Positions 26,430-36,500 of a stretch of 64,000 nucleotides of DNA are shown here, piece after piece (within the stretch, counting starts at the first letter, position 1; every line of letters starts with the position of its first letter). The DNA comes from Eubacteriales bacterium (GTDB lineage Bacteria > Bacillota > Clostridia > Oscillospirales > CAG-272). The notes beneath the pieces are model-generated. The model did not search any database. It worked only from the letters and a program-made list of their open reading frames with translations, and was not told the DNA's origin. Made by a program: the position numbers and the translations under genes. The stretch spans positions 12,697-76,696 of the forward strand of contig JAZLCA010000054.1 in the NCBI GenBank assembly GCA_045613985.1. The letters run 5' to 3'.

Positions 26430-27524
26430 TCATTTTATTTGCGGTGTATCAACGATCCCCCATTCCTCCAATGTCGCAACGTCCACCCACATGGCAGGGC
26501 GGACGCCTTCTTTTTTGTATCCATTGCCGGAACCGCCGGCGCCCACGCCTCTACACACTATATATTTGGAGCCTCGGATCCAATAAGGATACGTAAAAAC
26601 CGAACCGACATATCCTTCCTCGACACATCCCTGCGCTTCTGCGTAAGCAGTCGGCGTTCCTACTCTGTCTTCCTTGCTGATAAAATATCCGCACTCTTGA
26701 TAGGACAGGAGAAAAACATAGTCCTCACCCGAAACGTCGGTAAGACGTGTCAGGGAGATGGCCCGCTTTTCCTCCTCAGTAAAAGCGGTCGAATAAAACG
26801 TTTCATTCAGCCACAGACGTAACGTCCGCTCCCGCCACGGTACCAACTGCGTCGTATCGTGGAACTGCTGATAATCCAATATGTGCTTACTGACAATCAG
26901 AAATTTGTCGTCCTCCTTGGCTAAGACGATCCATTCGATCGGCTCCGCCCCGTTGCTTTGATTGTTGTCCTGCTCGTATTCGCCCAGCGTTACCGTCGTC
27001 CCCGGCTCGAAATTGACCCACTTGGCATAGAAGTTCATGTTTCTGTCAAAGCCCCAGGAATCCCCACTGGAAGGTTGCCACTCCTGATTCCACATCCAAC
27101 CGTAGAACTCATACCCTTCCTTTGTGGGAATGGGTAGATCGTACGGCTGCCCGTATTGCATCATCAAAACGGTAGTCTCCTCACCGTTTTCGGGATGCAG
27201 ATACAGTTGATATTGTATGGGCACCCAAACTGCCGTCAGCACCGTATCCTCGGTTACGACGTCCTTTTCAAAATTCCAAGGGCGCTCCTGTCCATTCTCC
27301 GTGATGCGCCATTCCACGAACTCATAGCCAACACGTTCAAGGAGTCGCGGCGCCTCCAGCAGACCGTTCACAGGCACGACTTTTGTTGTGATATAGCCAC
27401 GATAATTCCAATTAAGCTCAACGGTATAGGTCGGTTCCCTCTGCGCGGCCGCGCAAGCACATAAGCCAAAGACAAGCACCAAACAAATCACACTAAATAG
27501 CGCGCAATATCTTTTCTTTTCCAT
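26430..27524 (-). CDS. Surface lipoprotein with Listeria/Bacteroides-type (InlB B-repeat) modules and a DUF6273-like C-terminal domain
   Basis: Lipobox GLCAC. Two GYEFxxW...W repeat modules. EPIEWIVLAKEDDKFLIVSKHIL, LRLWLNETFYSTAF, YWIRGS and GVRPAMWV resemble DUF6273. Confidence 0.75.
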   Translation of the reverse strand: MEKKRYCALFSVICLVLVFGLCACAAAQREPTYTVELNWNYRGYITTKVVPVNGLLEAPRLLERVGYEFVEWRITENGQERPWNFEKDVVTEDTVLTAVWVPIQYQLYLHPENGEETTVLMMQYGQPYDLPIPTKEGYEFYGWMWNQEWQPSSGDSWGFDRNMNFYAKWVNFEPGTTVTLGEYEQDNNQSNGAEPIEWIVLAKEDDKFLIVSKHILDYQQFHDTTQLVPWRERTLRLWLNETFYSTAFTEEEKRAISLTRLTDVSGEDYVFLLSYQECGYFISKEDRVGTPTAYAEAQGCVEEGYVGSVFTYPYWIRGSKYIVCRGVGAGGSGNGYKKEGVRPAMWVDVATLEEWGIVDTPQIK

Positions 27525-27566
27525 AATATCTCCTTACGAAAGGCAAATAGTCAATCCTTCTCTTTA

Positions 27567-28481
27567 TCAATCAAGAGGTACCGTCGACAATCCCGCCACC
27601 AGATCATCCCACTCTGCCTGATATTCCTCGGGAATCTGACGAATGTGGCTTATATATATACGATCCGCCACGAGCATTTGCTCGAATAGCTGTTTTTCGC
27701 TCCAATTTCTCCAATCAGACGGCAGATTTTCATCTGTCACTTCCTCAGGAAAAATCACGCGCTCCAAAAGATTGGTTTCGGTGTTGGCAAACATTAAAAT
27801 TTCCCGCTCGTCCTCCAATCGGAGCAAGTACGTATCAAATTTGATTTGCTCGATCTCCTCCGTTTGGGGGTTTTTCCAATCGTACTCAAATTCCCCCTCA
27901 AACGAGGCCTGCCGATGAATGCCCACCAAAGATGCAAAACTCGGAAAAGTTCCGTCGGCACAATACGTCAAATACTCTTCCACCTGAGAATAGTTGGCAA
28001 ATTCCCGTATCACTTCGAACGGTTCCTTCTCCTCACCCACACGATATTCCCTCTGATAGCAACGGTAGACGTCATTATACGGACCAATAAAATACTCTTG
28101 TACACGCTCTCGCGCGCCCGCGCTTTCCGGGAGTTTGATGTTCATGACCATGATACAGCCGCGATAAAACGTATACTTTACCGAATCAAAACTCATGTGA
28201 GAAGAAGAAAGACGAATTTCCAACGCCGCCGTCTGCGGCCGGATCAGAGAGCGTATATTCATTGGGTATACCTCCGTCGCGCAAGGGATATCCCATATCT
28301 CCTTCTCCCACCCCGGCAGCTCCATATCTTCCAACCACGGGGCTTCGTTCTCCGCGGGATCGTTACTTACCCCCGCCATACATCCCATCAGCGACACGCA
28401 GACGGACACGGCAAGCATCATCGCGCAACATTCTCTCATGCCGCGTCTCATACCTTTTTTCTTAGTCACCGATCTTGTCAT
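27567..28481 (-). CDS. Hypothetical lipoprotein
   Basis: Lipobox LMGC after a basic n-region. The start is ambiguous: ATG at 28481, 28451 or 28439. The first of these overlaps the upstream gene's end. I recognise no domain. Confidence 0.6.
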   Translation of the reverse strand: MTRSVTKKKGMRRGMRECCAMMLAVSVCVSLMGCMAGVSNDPAENEAPWLEDMELPGWEKEIWDIPCATEVYPMNIRSLIRPQTAALEIRLSSSHMSFDSVKYTFYRGCIMVMNIKLPESAGARERVQEYFIGPYNDVYRCYQREYRVGEEKEPFEVIREFANYSQVEEYLTYCADGTFPSFASLVGIHRQASFEGEFEYDWKNPQTEEIEQIKFDTYLLRLEDEREILMFANTETNLLERVIFPEEVTDENLPSDWRNWSEKQLFEQMLVADRIYISHIRQIPEEYQAEWDDLVAGLSTVPLD

Positions 28482-29637
28482 TGGAAACCACATCTCCCTT
28501 CAGAAAATCCACGAACGTCCACGTTCCACCCTCCTGTACAAGATTTCCATAGCGTCTGATGGCATCACTCTTTCCTTCCGTCCCTTGCACAAGACAGCCG
28601 ACATACAGCTCTCCGTCGTACACCTTAAAGCCGTCAAGAACAACCGCCTCCCCGAGAGTTGAAAAATCGAATATCAGTTCCGTCTCACCGCCCTCAATCC
28701 GACAGCGGCTCAGTTTGGTTTTGTCTTGATTTCTGTAATAAACGTATTCGTGCGTTACCGTTAACATATCGCCAAAATTCTGACATTTGGAAGCGATCAT
28801 TCGTTCCGTTTGGGTAGAAATATCATACTCGTACACATCCACGGTGCCGGCATTCCCCGTTTTCTCCGAAATGTAACACTTGCCATAACGTATAGCGATT
28901 GCGTCCCCTGTCGTCAATCCCGTTTCCTGCAAAGACGAAAACTGCTCGTTCGTCAGATACAACTGATTGCTTCCCTCAAGTATGACAAAAATCTGATCGT
29001 AGCGTATGATCACGTCGCTAAGTCCTTCAAATTGCGGCTGAATCTGCTCGGTTTTCCCGTCCGAAACGCAGTATCGAAACCAATCAAGCCCGCCCTCGCC
29101 GGCTCTTGCGAAGTAAACAAAATCGTTATGCACCTGTAAAAACCTCAATTCAGAGCCATTGCCCTGAAATACTCTTTGATATTCCATGGTGCTAAGAGAG
29201 AGCGCGTACAGATTTCCGTCTGTGCCCGGATCGATATACGGCTCTGTACGAGAAAAATATAGCGCATCGTCTGTTACCTGATATACCGCGTCGCTCAGAC
29301 GGCCAAAGAGGCAGGCCGAGCATCTTCCGATGTCCCCATCACAAATAGAATCAAAACAGAAAAGGCTAGATACCTTTGAAGCCTTATTGACAAACGAGCA
29401 TCCATTTCTCTGAAACATGACCATGCCGGGAAGATTGAGAAAACGGTCCTGCCCCATGCGATAGTGATTATCGTCGTCTTCACGAAAAATTCCGGTATCA
29501 ATGGGAGTAACGTCAACGATCTCCTCCCGCTCCGTATCCTCTTCGAAGGGCATCTCCGGGTTGGCACAGCCAAGCAATCCTGCCGCCAACAGCAGGCACA
29601 ACACTCCTTTGACATGTTTAAGGTATGAACGCATCAT
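28462..29637 (-). CDS. Hypothetical lipoprotein, beta-propeller-like (DUF5050-like) body
   Basis: Lipobox LLGC. A Cys cluster CFDSICDGDIGRCSAC is followed by repeated aromatic blade-like motifs (ALYFSR, NLYALS, FVYFAR, YVYYRN, ELYVGC). The start is ATG 29637 with a GGAGGT RBS. Confidence 0.65.
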   Translation of the reverse strand: MMRSYLKHVKGVLCLLLAAGLLGCANPEMPFEEDTEREEIVDVTPIDTGIFREDDDNHYRMGQDRFLNLPGMVMFQRNGCSFVNKASKVSSLFCFDSICDGDIGRCSACLFGRLSDAVYQVTDDALYFSRTEPYIDPGTDGNLYALSLSTMEYQRVFQGNGSELRFLQVHNDFVYFARAGEGGLDWFRYCVSDGKTEQIQPQFEGLSDVIIRYDQIFVILEGSNQLYLTNEQFSSLQETGLTTGDAIAIRYGKCYISEKTGNAGTVDVYEYDISTQTERMIASKCQNFGDMLTVTHEYVYYRNQDKTKLSRCRIEGGETELIFDFSTLGEAVVLDGFKVYDGELYVGCLVQGTEGKSDAIRRYGNLVQEGGTWTFVDFLKGDVVSNDKIGD

Positions 29638-29833
29638 AACACCTCCGTTTTTATATTCCTTTATTAAATGCAACAACAATCCACCCTGAAATATTACAGC
29701 TTTGGAAAAACTTTTTGACGTTTCCTCTCAAATTTTACCGGTCTTTCCGCCTTGCATTTTGCTCGTATTTCTGCTATACTGAAGGGGAGAAAATATAAAA
29801 CTTGTAAAATTTTGTTTTTTGCCCGTTTTCATT

Positions 29834-29855
29834 ACAACTCCATAACATTTCTGTT
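29834..29855 (+). promoter_or_regulatory. Candidate response-regulator box at the -35 position of the two-component operon promoter
   Basis: acaactccata is identical to the first unit of the tandem repeats at 31934. A degenerate second unit follows, then TATAAT at 29857-29862. Confidence 0.45.
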
Positions 29856-29885
29856 TTATAATGGGTACATCAACATACAAGGAGC

Positions 29886-30542
29886 GTGAATACATTGGCC
29901 AAAATTCTCATCGTTGAGGATGAATACCCGATCAACAACCTTATATCCAAGAACCTAACGTTGACCGGACATGAATGTCTGTCTGCGTATGACGGCTTGA
30001 ACGCCATTGATCTGATACAAAGCACACGATTAGATCTTGTAATTCTGGACGTCATGCTACCGGGGCTGTCAGGCTTTGATCTTATCAAGCTGATCGGTGA
30101 CACTCCCGTCATTTTTGTAACAGCCAAAAGTGGGTTGGAGGATCGTCTGAAGGGACTGTCACTGGGAGCGGATGATTATATTGTCAAGCCCTTTGCCATG
30201 CAAGAACTTTTAGCTCGTGTCAGCATTGTGTTGCGCCGTACCAAACGGGAAGACAACGTTATCTCCTTTGACGGCTTGACCGTGGATATGGGCAGCCGTA
30301 AAGTATATCGCGGTAACGAAAAGATCAATCTGACCCCTAAGGAATACGCGTTGCTCGAGGTGCTGATCACCCATCGCAATCTTGCCCTGTCAAGAGAAAA
30401 ACTCATCAGCATGGTCTGGACTTACGACTATGAGGGGGATACCCGAACCGTTGACGTCCACATCCAACAGCTTCGTCAAAAATTAGGGCTAAAGGATCGG
30501 ATCAAAACCATCTACAAAGTAGGTTACCGACTGGAATTGTAA
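29886..30542 (+). CDS. OmpR/PhoB-family response regulator
   Basis: A receiver domain (ILIVEDE, DLVILDVMLPG, phospho-acceptor Asp context) and a winged-helix Trans_reg_C domain (LTPKEYALLEVL, VDVHIQQLRQKL, GYRL). GTG start. Confidence 0.9.
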   Translation: MNTLAKILIVEDEYPINNLISKNLTLTGHECLSAYDGLNAIDLIQSTRLDLVILDVMLPGLSGFDLIKLIGDTPVIFVTAKSGLEDRLKGLSLGADDYIVKPFAMQELLARVSIVLRRTKREDNVISFDGLTVDMGSRKVYRGNEKINLTPKEYALLEVLITHRNLALSREKLISMVWTYDYEGDTRTVDVHIQQLRQKLGLKDRIKTIYKVGYRLEL

Positions 30543-30562
30543 CGACGAAAAACATATAAATT

Positions 30563-31945
30563 ATGAGAAAAAAATTTTTTGAGAGAACGTACCTGACCAC
30601 GCTGATCCTCTTTCTTGTATTCCTTAACGGAGCCGTATTGACCTTGACGCTGTACAGTCACGAGCGAAGAATAGATGCGGCGGAACAGATCTGTCTGGCG
30701 GAGCAATACACGCTCAGTCAAGCGTTCAAATCCGACTGGGATGGGAGAGGAAACGGAAGCGATTATATTCTGCAGGTGGCTTACGGCGACTTTTACCGCA
30801 ACAAAAGCATTCGTCTTTGCTTTTTGGATGCCGAAGGTAAAGTCACTCATTCCACTCTTCCCCAAGGTCTGCCTTCTCCCGAGCCGGGCATGATGCAATC
30901 CTTTAAGGGGGACGACGGAATACGTTATCTTTTGATCAGTGAGCGTATCTGCGATGGCAAATACGTTTTAATTTATGCCAAAGATATCAGCGAATTGGAC
31001 GAAGAATTTCGACAGCTGATCGTTCTGTTTGCCGGCGTTTCCTTGGCAGCATCCACCTTGCTTGCCATTCTGCTATATTTGCTGCTTCGACGCTTGAACA
31101 CCCCGTTGGAAAAACTGCGCAAAACAACGGAAAGCCTTGCCAACGGAGATTTCAATGCTCGCGCAGATGAATCCGGAAACGATGAATTTTCAGCGCTTGC
31201 CAAGGATTTCAATCATATGGCCGACCAGTTGGATCTGCATATGCAAGAGCTTCAGCGCACGGCAGACGAAAAGCAAAGGATGCTGGATGACCTGGCGCAC
31301 GAAATGCGTACTCCCTTGACTAGCATTCACGGATATGCCGAATATATCGGCGGTGCAAATATTTCGGAAGAAGAAAAAATAGACGCGGCACAATACATCA
31401 TGAGCGAATCTATGCGTCTAAAAAACATCAGTGAGACGCTTTTGGACACTGCATTTGTGCGCGAAAACAAGATCATGCCGGCAACCATCGATACTAAATC
31501 AATGATGGCACGCACCCGCGAGCATTTTTTCGAGCGTGCATCTGCGAACGCTATCGAATTAAAGATTTGCTGTGAGCAGAATTTTGACATTTTCGGGGAT
31601 GAGGTATTAATCGAACTGTTACTCTCCAATCTCACCGAAAATGCCCTCAAGGCCGCCCGCAAGGTCACCGACCGCCCTCGTGTTGTGGAATTGGGGGCCA
31701 TTCAGCATAATGAGGATAAAATCCTATTTGTCCGTGACAACGGCATCGGCATGACGGAGGATCAACTGGCGCATATCACTGAGCCGTTTTATCGCACCGA
31801 CCGTGCACGTTCGCGGGGAGAGGGCGGCACAGGATTGGGACTGTCGTTATGCGCCCGAATTGTCGAGGCGCACCATGCAAACTTGAAATTCCAATCGGTT
31901 CCGGGCAAAGGAACTACGGTTTTTGTAACTTTTACAACTCCATAA
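30563..31945 (+). CDS. Sensor histidine kinase (2 TM, ~120-aa extracytoplasmic loop, HAMP, HisKA, HATPase_c)
   Basis: H-box HEMRTPLTSI, N-box LLSNLTENALKA, and G-boxes DNGIGM and GGTGLGL. Confidence 0.9.
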   Translation: MRKKFFERTYLTTLILFLVFLNGAVLTLTLYSHERRIDAAEQICLAEQYTLSQAFKSDWDGRGNGSDYILQVAYGDFYRNKSIRLCFLDAEGKVTHSTLPQGLPSPEPGMMQSFKGDDGIRYLLISERICDGKYVLIYAKDISELDEEFRQLIVLFAGVSLAASTLLAILLYLLLRRLNTPLEKLRKTTESLANGDFNARADESGNDEFSALAKDFNHMADQLDLHMQELQRTADEKQRMLDDLAHEMRTPLTSIHGYAEYIGGANISEEEKIDAAQYIMSESMRLKNISETLLDTAFVRENKIMPATIDTKSMMARTREHFFERASANAIELKICCEQNFDIFGDEVLIELLLSNLTENALKAARKVTDRPRVVELGAIQHNEDKILFVRDNGIGMTEDQLAHITEPFYRTDRARSRGEGGTGLGLSLCARIVEAHHANLKFQSVPGKGTTVFVTFTTP

Positions 31946-31966
31946 CAACTCTATGACAACTCCATG
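31934..31966 (+). promoter_or_regulatory. Three tandem 11-bp direct repeats (acaactccata acaactctatg acaactccatg), candidate OmpR-family binding site
   Basis: Exact 11-nt phasing. The repeats overlap the kinase stop codon and end about 10 nt before an extended -10-like TGGTATCAT (31976-31984), upstream of the gene at 32028. Confidence 0.55.
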
Positions 31967-32027
31967 ATATTGTCATGGTATCATAAGGCGCAACACTAAA
32001 AAAGTGTTAGCAGAAAGGAGAAATACC

Positions 32028-33440
32028 ATGAAAAAGAGAAATTCCCTTATTATCAAAGCCGCGTTGGCTTTGGTGCTGTCGCTGTGTGTCCTGTCCGGAA
32101 GTATGGTCTATATCTTTGCCAGCGACGTAGCCCCTCAGCCCGTCAGCAATGATGACGTTGCTCCCGACGTTCCCGCCGCGGAACAGCAGCTCGAGACTCC
32201 CACACCGGAAGCTCCAGAAACGCAAGAGCCCGTCACGCAGCCTTCTGAAGAGCAGAAGCCGGACGAGACCCCCGATGAACCGAGTGAGCCGGCACAGCAC
32301 CCTGTTGAAGAGAAGCCATCCGATATCGTCATCGACGACGGTAGCAAGCCCGTCTCTCAAGAGCAACTGGCAGCTAAGTTTGCCGAGTACACCCACGTAA
32401 GTGAGGAAAACGGAAAGAAGGTCGTCACCCTTTACACGGCCGATCAGATCGCAGCGATCAATGGCCGCCGTAACGCCGGTGAACAACTGCCCATGACCAA
32501 CGACGAGGTTCTGTACCTCATCAACGATACCATCAAACTGTTTGAGATGTATGATATCGTCCGCATCGTTGATCTTTCCGGAACGCTTCATACCTATCGC
32601 GGCATTTCCTTCTACACCTCTCAAGAATATTACGATTCCTTCGGTATCATTACGCAGGAAACGAACGATTCTTTTGACCTGGAGGGCGACGTATACGAAA
32701 CGATGATCTATCGTATCGAAGCATTGTGTACGTCGATGTGCCGTTACTCACCCGACAACAAGTACATTGGAATGGTACTGTTTACCGATGTAAATACCGT
32801 CCATAATGTTTACACTTATCACTCTTGGGCATGGAGCTTGTATGCTTCCCTGCATCATGATCTCTACGCCGAACAAAAAGGTGAGCAGACCTTAGGTCAG
32901 TTGGCAAATCTACCCGGTGGTGCCTTTATTTTTGCTACCGAGCGCGTAGAATACATCAGTGATCTGAGTAACTTCAACGAATGCGGCGTGGTCAAACTGT
33001 ATTCCAACGATATCTTTGCTGACATTCGCGGCGAAAGCAAGTACGACTCTAACGCGGATGCCGTCGTCGTCATCGAGCTTTGGGATCAAAACACCGGCAA
33101 ACTGATGGCCAGACTTCGTTTTGATTCTATCAACAACGCCGCAGAAATAGCTAAAATCTCCGAATTGTGGCAGAGTGTTGTCAACAACGTCTACTCTATT
33201 CCTATCGAGACATATATGACCAAAACTAACTATCGCGTAGCTGTATACATGACAGGTATTCCCGGATTGTCGGGTTCCACAAAGGGTGATTCCTTCATGT
33301 ATCGTCCCGATGGTAATCTCGATTACTGGTCCTTCTGCGAAGGAAACGTTGATTTCCTGGATTACCCCATCCAGTTGGGCGGTTCTCAGGTAATCGCAGA
33401 GTATATCAATCAGTTGATCGCAGGCACGTACAACAAGTAA
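32028..33440 (+). CDS. Secreted hypothetical protein with Pro/Glu-rich linker
   Basis: The start is ATG 32028 with an AAAGGAG RBS. A signal peptide (KKRNSLIIKAALALVLSLCVLSG) is followed by a ~70-aa P/E/T/Q-rich spacer and a ~370-aa globular part. I recognise no motif. Confidence 0.7.
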   Translation: MKKRNSLIIKAALALVLSLCVLSGSMVYIFASDVAPQPVSNDDVAPDVPAAEQQLETPTPEAPETQEPVTQPSEEQKPDETPDEPSEPAQHPVEEKPSDIVIDDGSKPVSQEQLAAKFAEYTHVSEENGKKVVTLYTADQIAAINGRRNAGEQLPMTNDEVLYLINDTIKLFEMYDIVRIVDLSGTLHTYRGISFYTSQEYYDSFGIITQETNDSFDLEGDVYETMIYRIEALCTSMCRYSPDNKYIGMVLFTDVNTVHNVYTYHSWAWSLYASLHHDLYAEQKGEQTLGQLANLPGGAFIFATERVEYISDLSNFNECGVVKLYSNDIFADIRGESKYDSNADAVVVIELWDQNTGKLMARLRFDSINNAAEIAKISELWQSVVNNVYSIPIETYMTKTNYRVAVYMTGIPGLSGSTKGDSFMYRPDGNLDYWSFCEGNVDFLDYPIQLGGSQVIAEYINQLIAGTYNK

Positions 33441-33468
33441 TTTTCTTGGATTTCCTTTTACAAAAAAG

Positions 33469-33508
33469 CATCCCCCAAGTCAAGGCTTCAGCCCTGGCTT
33501 GGGGGATG
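33469..33508. terminator. Bidirectional terminator between convergent genes
   Basis: catcccccaag / cttgggggatg forms an 11-bp stem. An A-run lies upstream and a T-run downstream. Confidence 0.7.
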
Positions 33509-33513
33509 TTTCA

Positions 33514-36500
33514 TTAGAAAATACTTAACTGATCGGTTTCCTGAATGCCATCCAGCACGCCGTTACGGCGCAAGACCTCGATAACACTCTTGGTCAGTTT
33601 AGCGCGTGTCTGAAGGTCTTCAACTGAGAAAAACGGTTCTTCTTCTCTTGCTTTCATGATATTTTCCGCCGCGTTATCACCGACACCGGCGAGCGAGGAG
33701 AACGGCAGTCGGATCGCCTTTTCTCCTTCGGGGCGATAGCATCTGGCATCGGAGCGATTGATATCTACCGGCAAGAATTTTACGCCGCGGGCATAAGCTT
33801 CCATGGCCAGCTGGAAGGTAGGAACGGAATCCTGTTCCTTGGGGCTGGCTTCCTTGCCGCGTTGCTCAATATCCTTGATATAGTTCTCCAAATGCTTTTT
33901 GCCGCGAAGAATGATCTCGGCGTCAAATCCCTTGGGTGCAACAGTAAACATGGCCGCGTAGAACACGGTAGGCATATAGATCTTATACCACCCCAGTCGG
34001 ATCGCAGACATAACGTAAGCGGCAGCGTGTGCCTTGGGGAACATATATTTGATCTTTTTACACGAGCCTATATACCACTCGGGAACGTCGTGGGCCCGCA
34101 TATCCGCCTCCCATTCGGGGGTAAGTCCCTTGCCCTTACGAACGCTTTCCATGATCTTGAATGCAACAGCGTTTTCAAGGCCGTAGCGAATGAGGTCGAG
34201 CATAATACCGTCGCGGCATCCAATAACCTTGGAAATATCGCAGATCCCCTCTTTGATCAAATCCTGTGCATTGCCCAACCATACGTCCGTGCCGTGCGTC
34301 AGACCAGAGATCTGCAAAAGATCCGCAAAGTTCTTGGGTCTGGCATCGATCAAAACCTGCTGTAAGAAGCGGGTTCCCATCTCGGGAATTCCCCAGGTAC
34401 CAACCTGACATCCGCCGATATCCTCGGGGCGAATGCCCAACGGAGCGGTGGAGGTAAACAACTCATAAATGGATGTGTCGTTCATTTTGACGTCCATAAC
34501 GCTGGTATCCGAATAGCGTTCCAACCACTTATATTTGGTGGGAATATCGTGCCCGAGCTCGTCCAGCTTGAGCAGAGTGTCGTGCAGATATTCGAAGGTA
34601 AAGTGAGTTGTAACGATATTGGAGGTCGCGTCATCCGCCGGGTGCTGAACCGGACAAAAATCGTAGATTTCGTATTCCTTGGGAACGACAACGATACCGC
34701 CGGGATGCTGTCCCGTAGTACGTTTAACGCCGACGCAGGAGGCAACCAAACGATTCATATCCGCACGCGAAAGAGACACTTGCTTTTCGTCCAGATACTT
34801 GGCAATAAAACCGTAGGCTGTTTTGTCAGCCAATTCGCCGATGGTGCCCGCACGGAAGACGTTTTCCGCACCGAACAATTCCTCGGTATATTTATGTACC
34901 TTGCCCTGCACTTCACCCGAGAAGTTCAAGTCGATATCGGGTGATTTATCACCATAGAATCCAAGGAAGGTCTCAAACGGAATATCATGACCGTCACCGC
35001 ACAGAGGATGTCCGCACTTGGGACAGTTGGCATCGGGCAGGTCAAAGCCTGAACCGACGGAACCGTCGGTGAAAAACTCGGAATGCTGGCAGTTGGGGCA
35101 ATAATAGTGGGGCGGTAAGGGATTGACCTCCGAAATACCCGCAAAGGAAGCAACGACGGAGGAGCCGACCGAGCCGCGCGAGCCGACAAGATAACCCTGA
35201 CTTTCGCTGTACCACACCAGCTTTTGAGCGATCATATAAAGTACGGCAAAACCGTTCTTGATGATTGAGGTCAATTCCTTATCCAAGCGGTCGTGGACAA
35301 TCTTGGGCAGGGGTTTACCGTACTGCTTCTCCGCCCGTTCGTAGCAAATGCGCTGAAGATCCTCCTCTGCGCCTTCCATGTGAGGCGTGAAGGTGCCCTT
35401 AGGGAACGGACGGATATCGTTATCGATCATATCCGCGATCTTATTGGTATTCTCGACAACAACCTCGTATGCCTTCTCTTGTCCAAGATAGGAAAATTCC
35501 TCCAGCATCTCTTCGGTGGTGCGGAAATACAGATGAATGTCACGGTCAAAATCCTTGAACTTCATGCCCGCCTGCAAAATCTTGCGGGACAGCTCGTCCT
35601 CATCGTTGAGAAAGTGGGCATCGCAAGTGGCAACGACAGGCTTGTTGTATTTTTCGCCAAGCGCAACGATACGGCGATTGAGATCACGCAGACCCTCTTC
35701 GTCCTTGATCTTTCCCTCGTCGATCATAAATCGGTTGTTGCAAATCGGCTGAATTTCGAGGTAATCGTAGAAATTGACGATCTCTTCAATGGCCGTTTCC
35801 GGCTTGTTATCCAGAATCGCTTGGATCAACTCACCCGCCTCACAGGCCGAGCCGACGATCAAGCCCTCACGATACTTTTCCAGCTCTGTCTTGGGAATAC
35901 GAGGCTGGCGGCGGTAATATTTGAGATAACTGAACGAAATCAAACGGTACAAATTTTTCAATCCCGTCTTGTTCTTGACCAACAACACCTGATGGTAGGG
36001 TCTGAGCGAGAGCGGGTCGGTATTGGCCAGCATTTCGCGTTGCAGAGCGGGATAAGAGTGAATGTCCAGTTCACGCATACGGTCACACATACGGAAATAG
36101 ATCATAGCCAACATTTCTGCATCGTCGCATGCACGGTGATGATGAAATTCGCCCAACTTGTAATGATTGGCGATCGTATCCAATTTATGATTCTTCAAGT
36201 CGGGATTGATGTAGCGCGACAGTGCCAGCGTATCCAAATAAGGATTCGAAAAAGGAAGACCGCACTGCTCTGCGAAATATCGAATGAAGCCAATGTCGAA
36301 ATTGGCATTATGAGCGATGAGGAGCTTAGGCTCTTTTCCCTCTTCATCTCCGATAAAATCAAAGAACATTTGAAGAGCCTCTTTGGTCTTAGGGGCACCT
36401 GCCACCATGTCATCGGTAATGGAGGTCAGCTCGGTGATCTCGGGCGGGATGGGCATTTCGGGATCAACGAACGTATCAAACCGATCCAACACCTCGCCGC

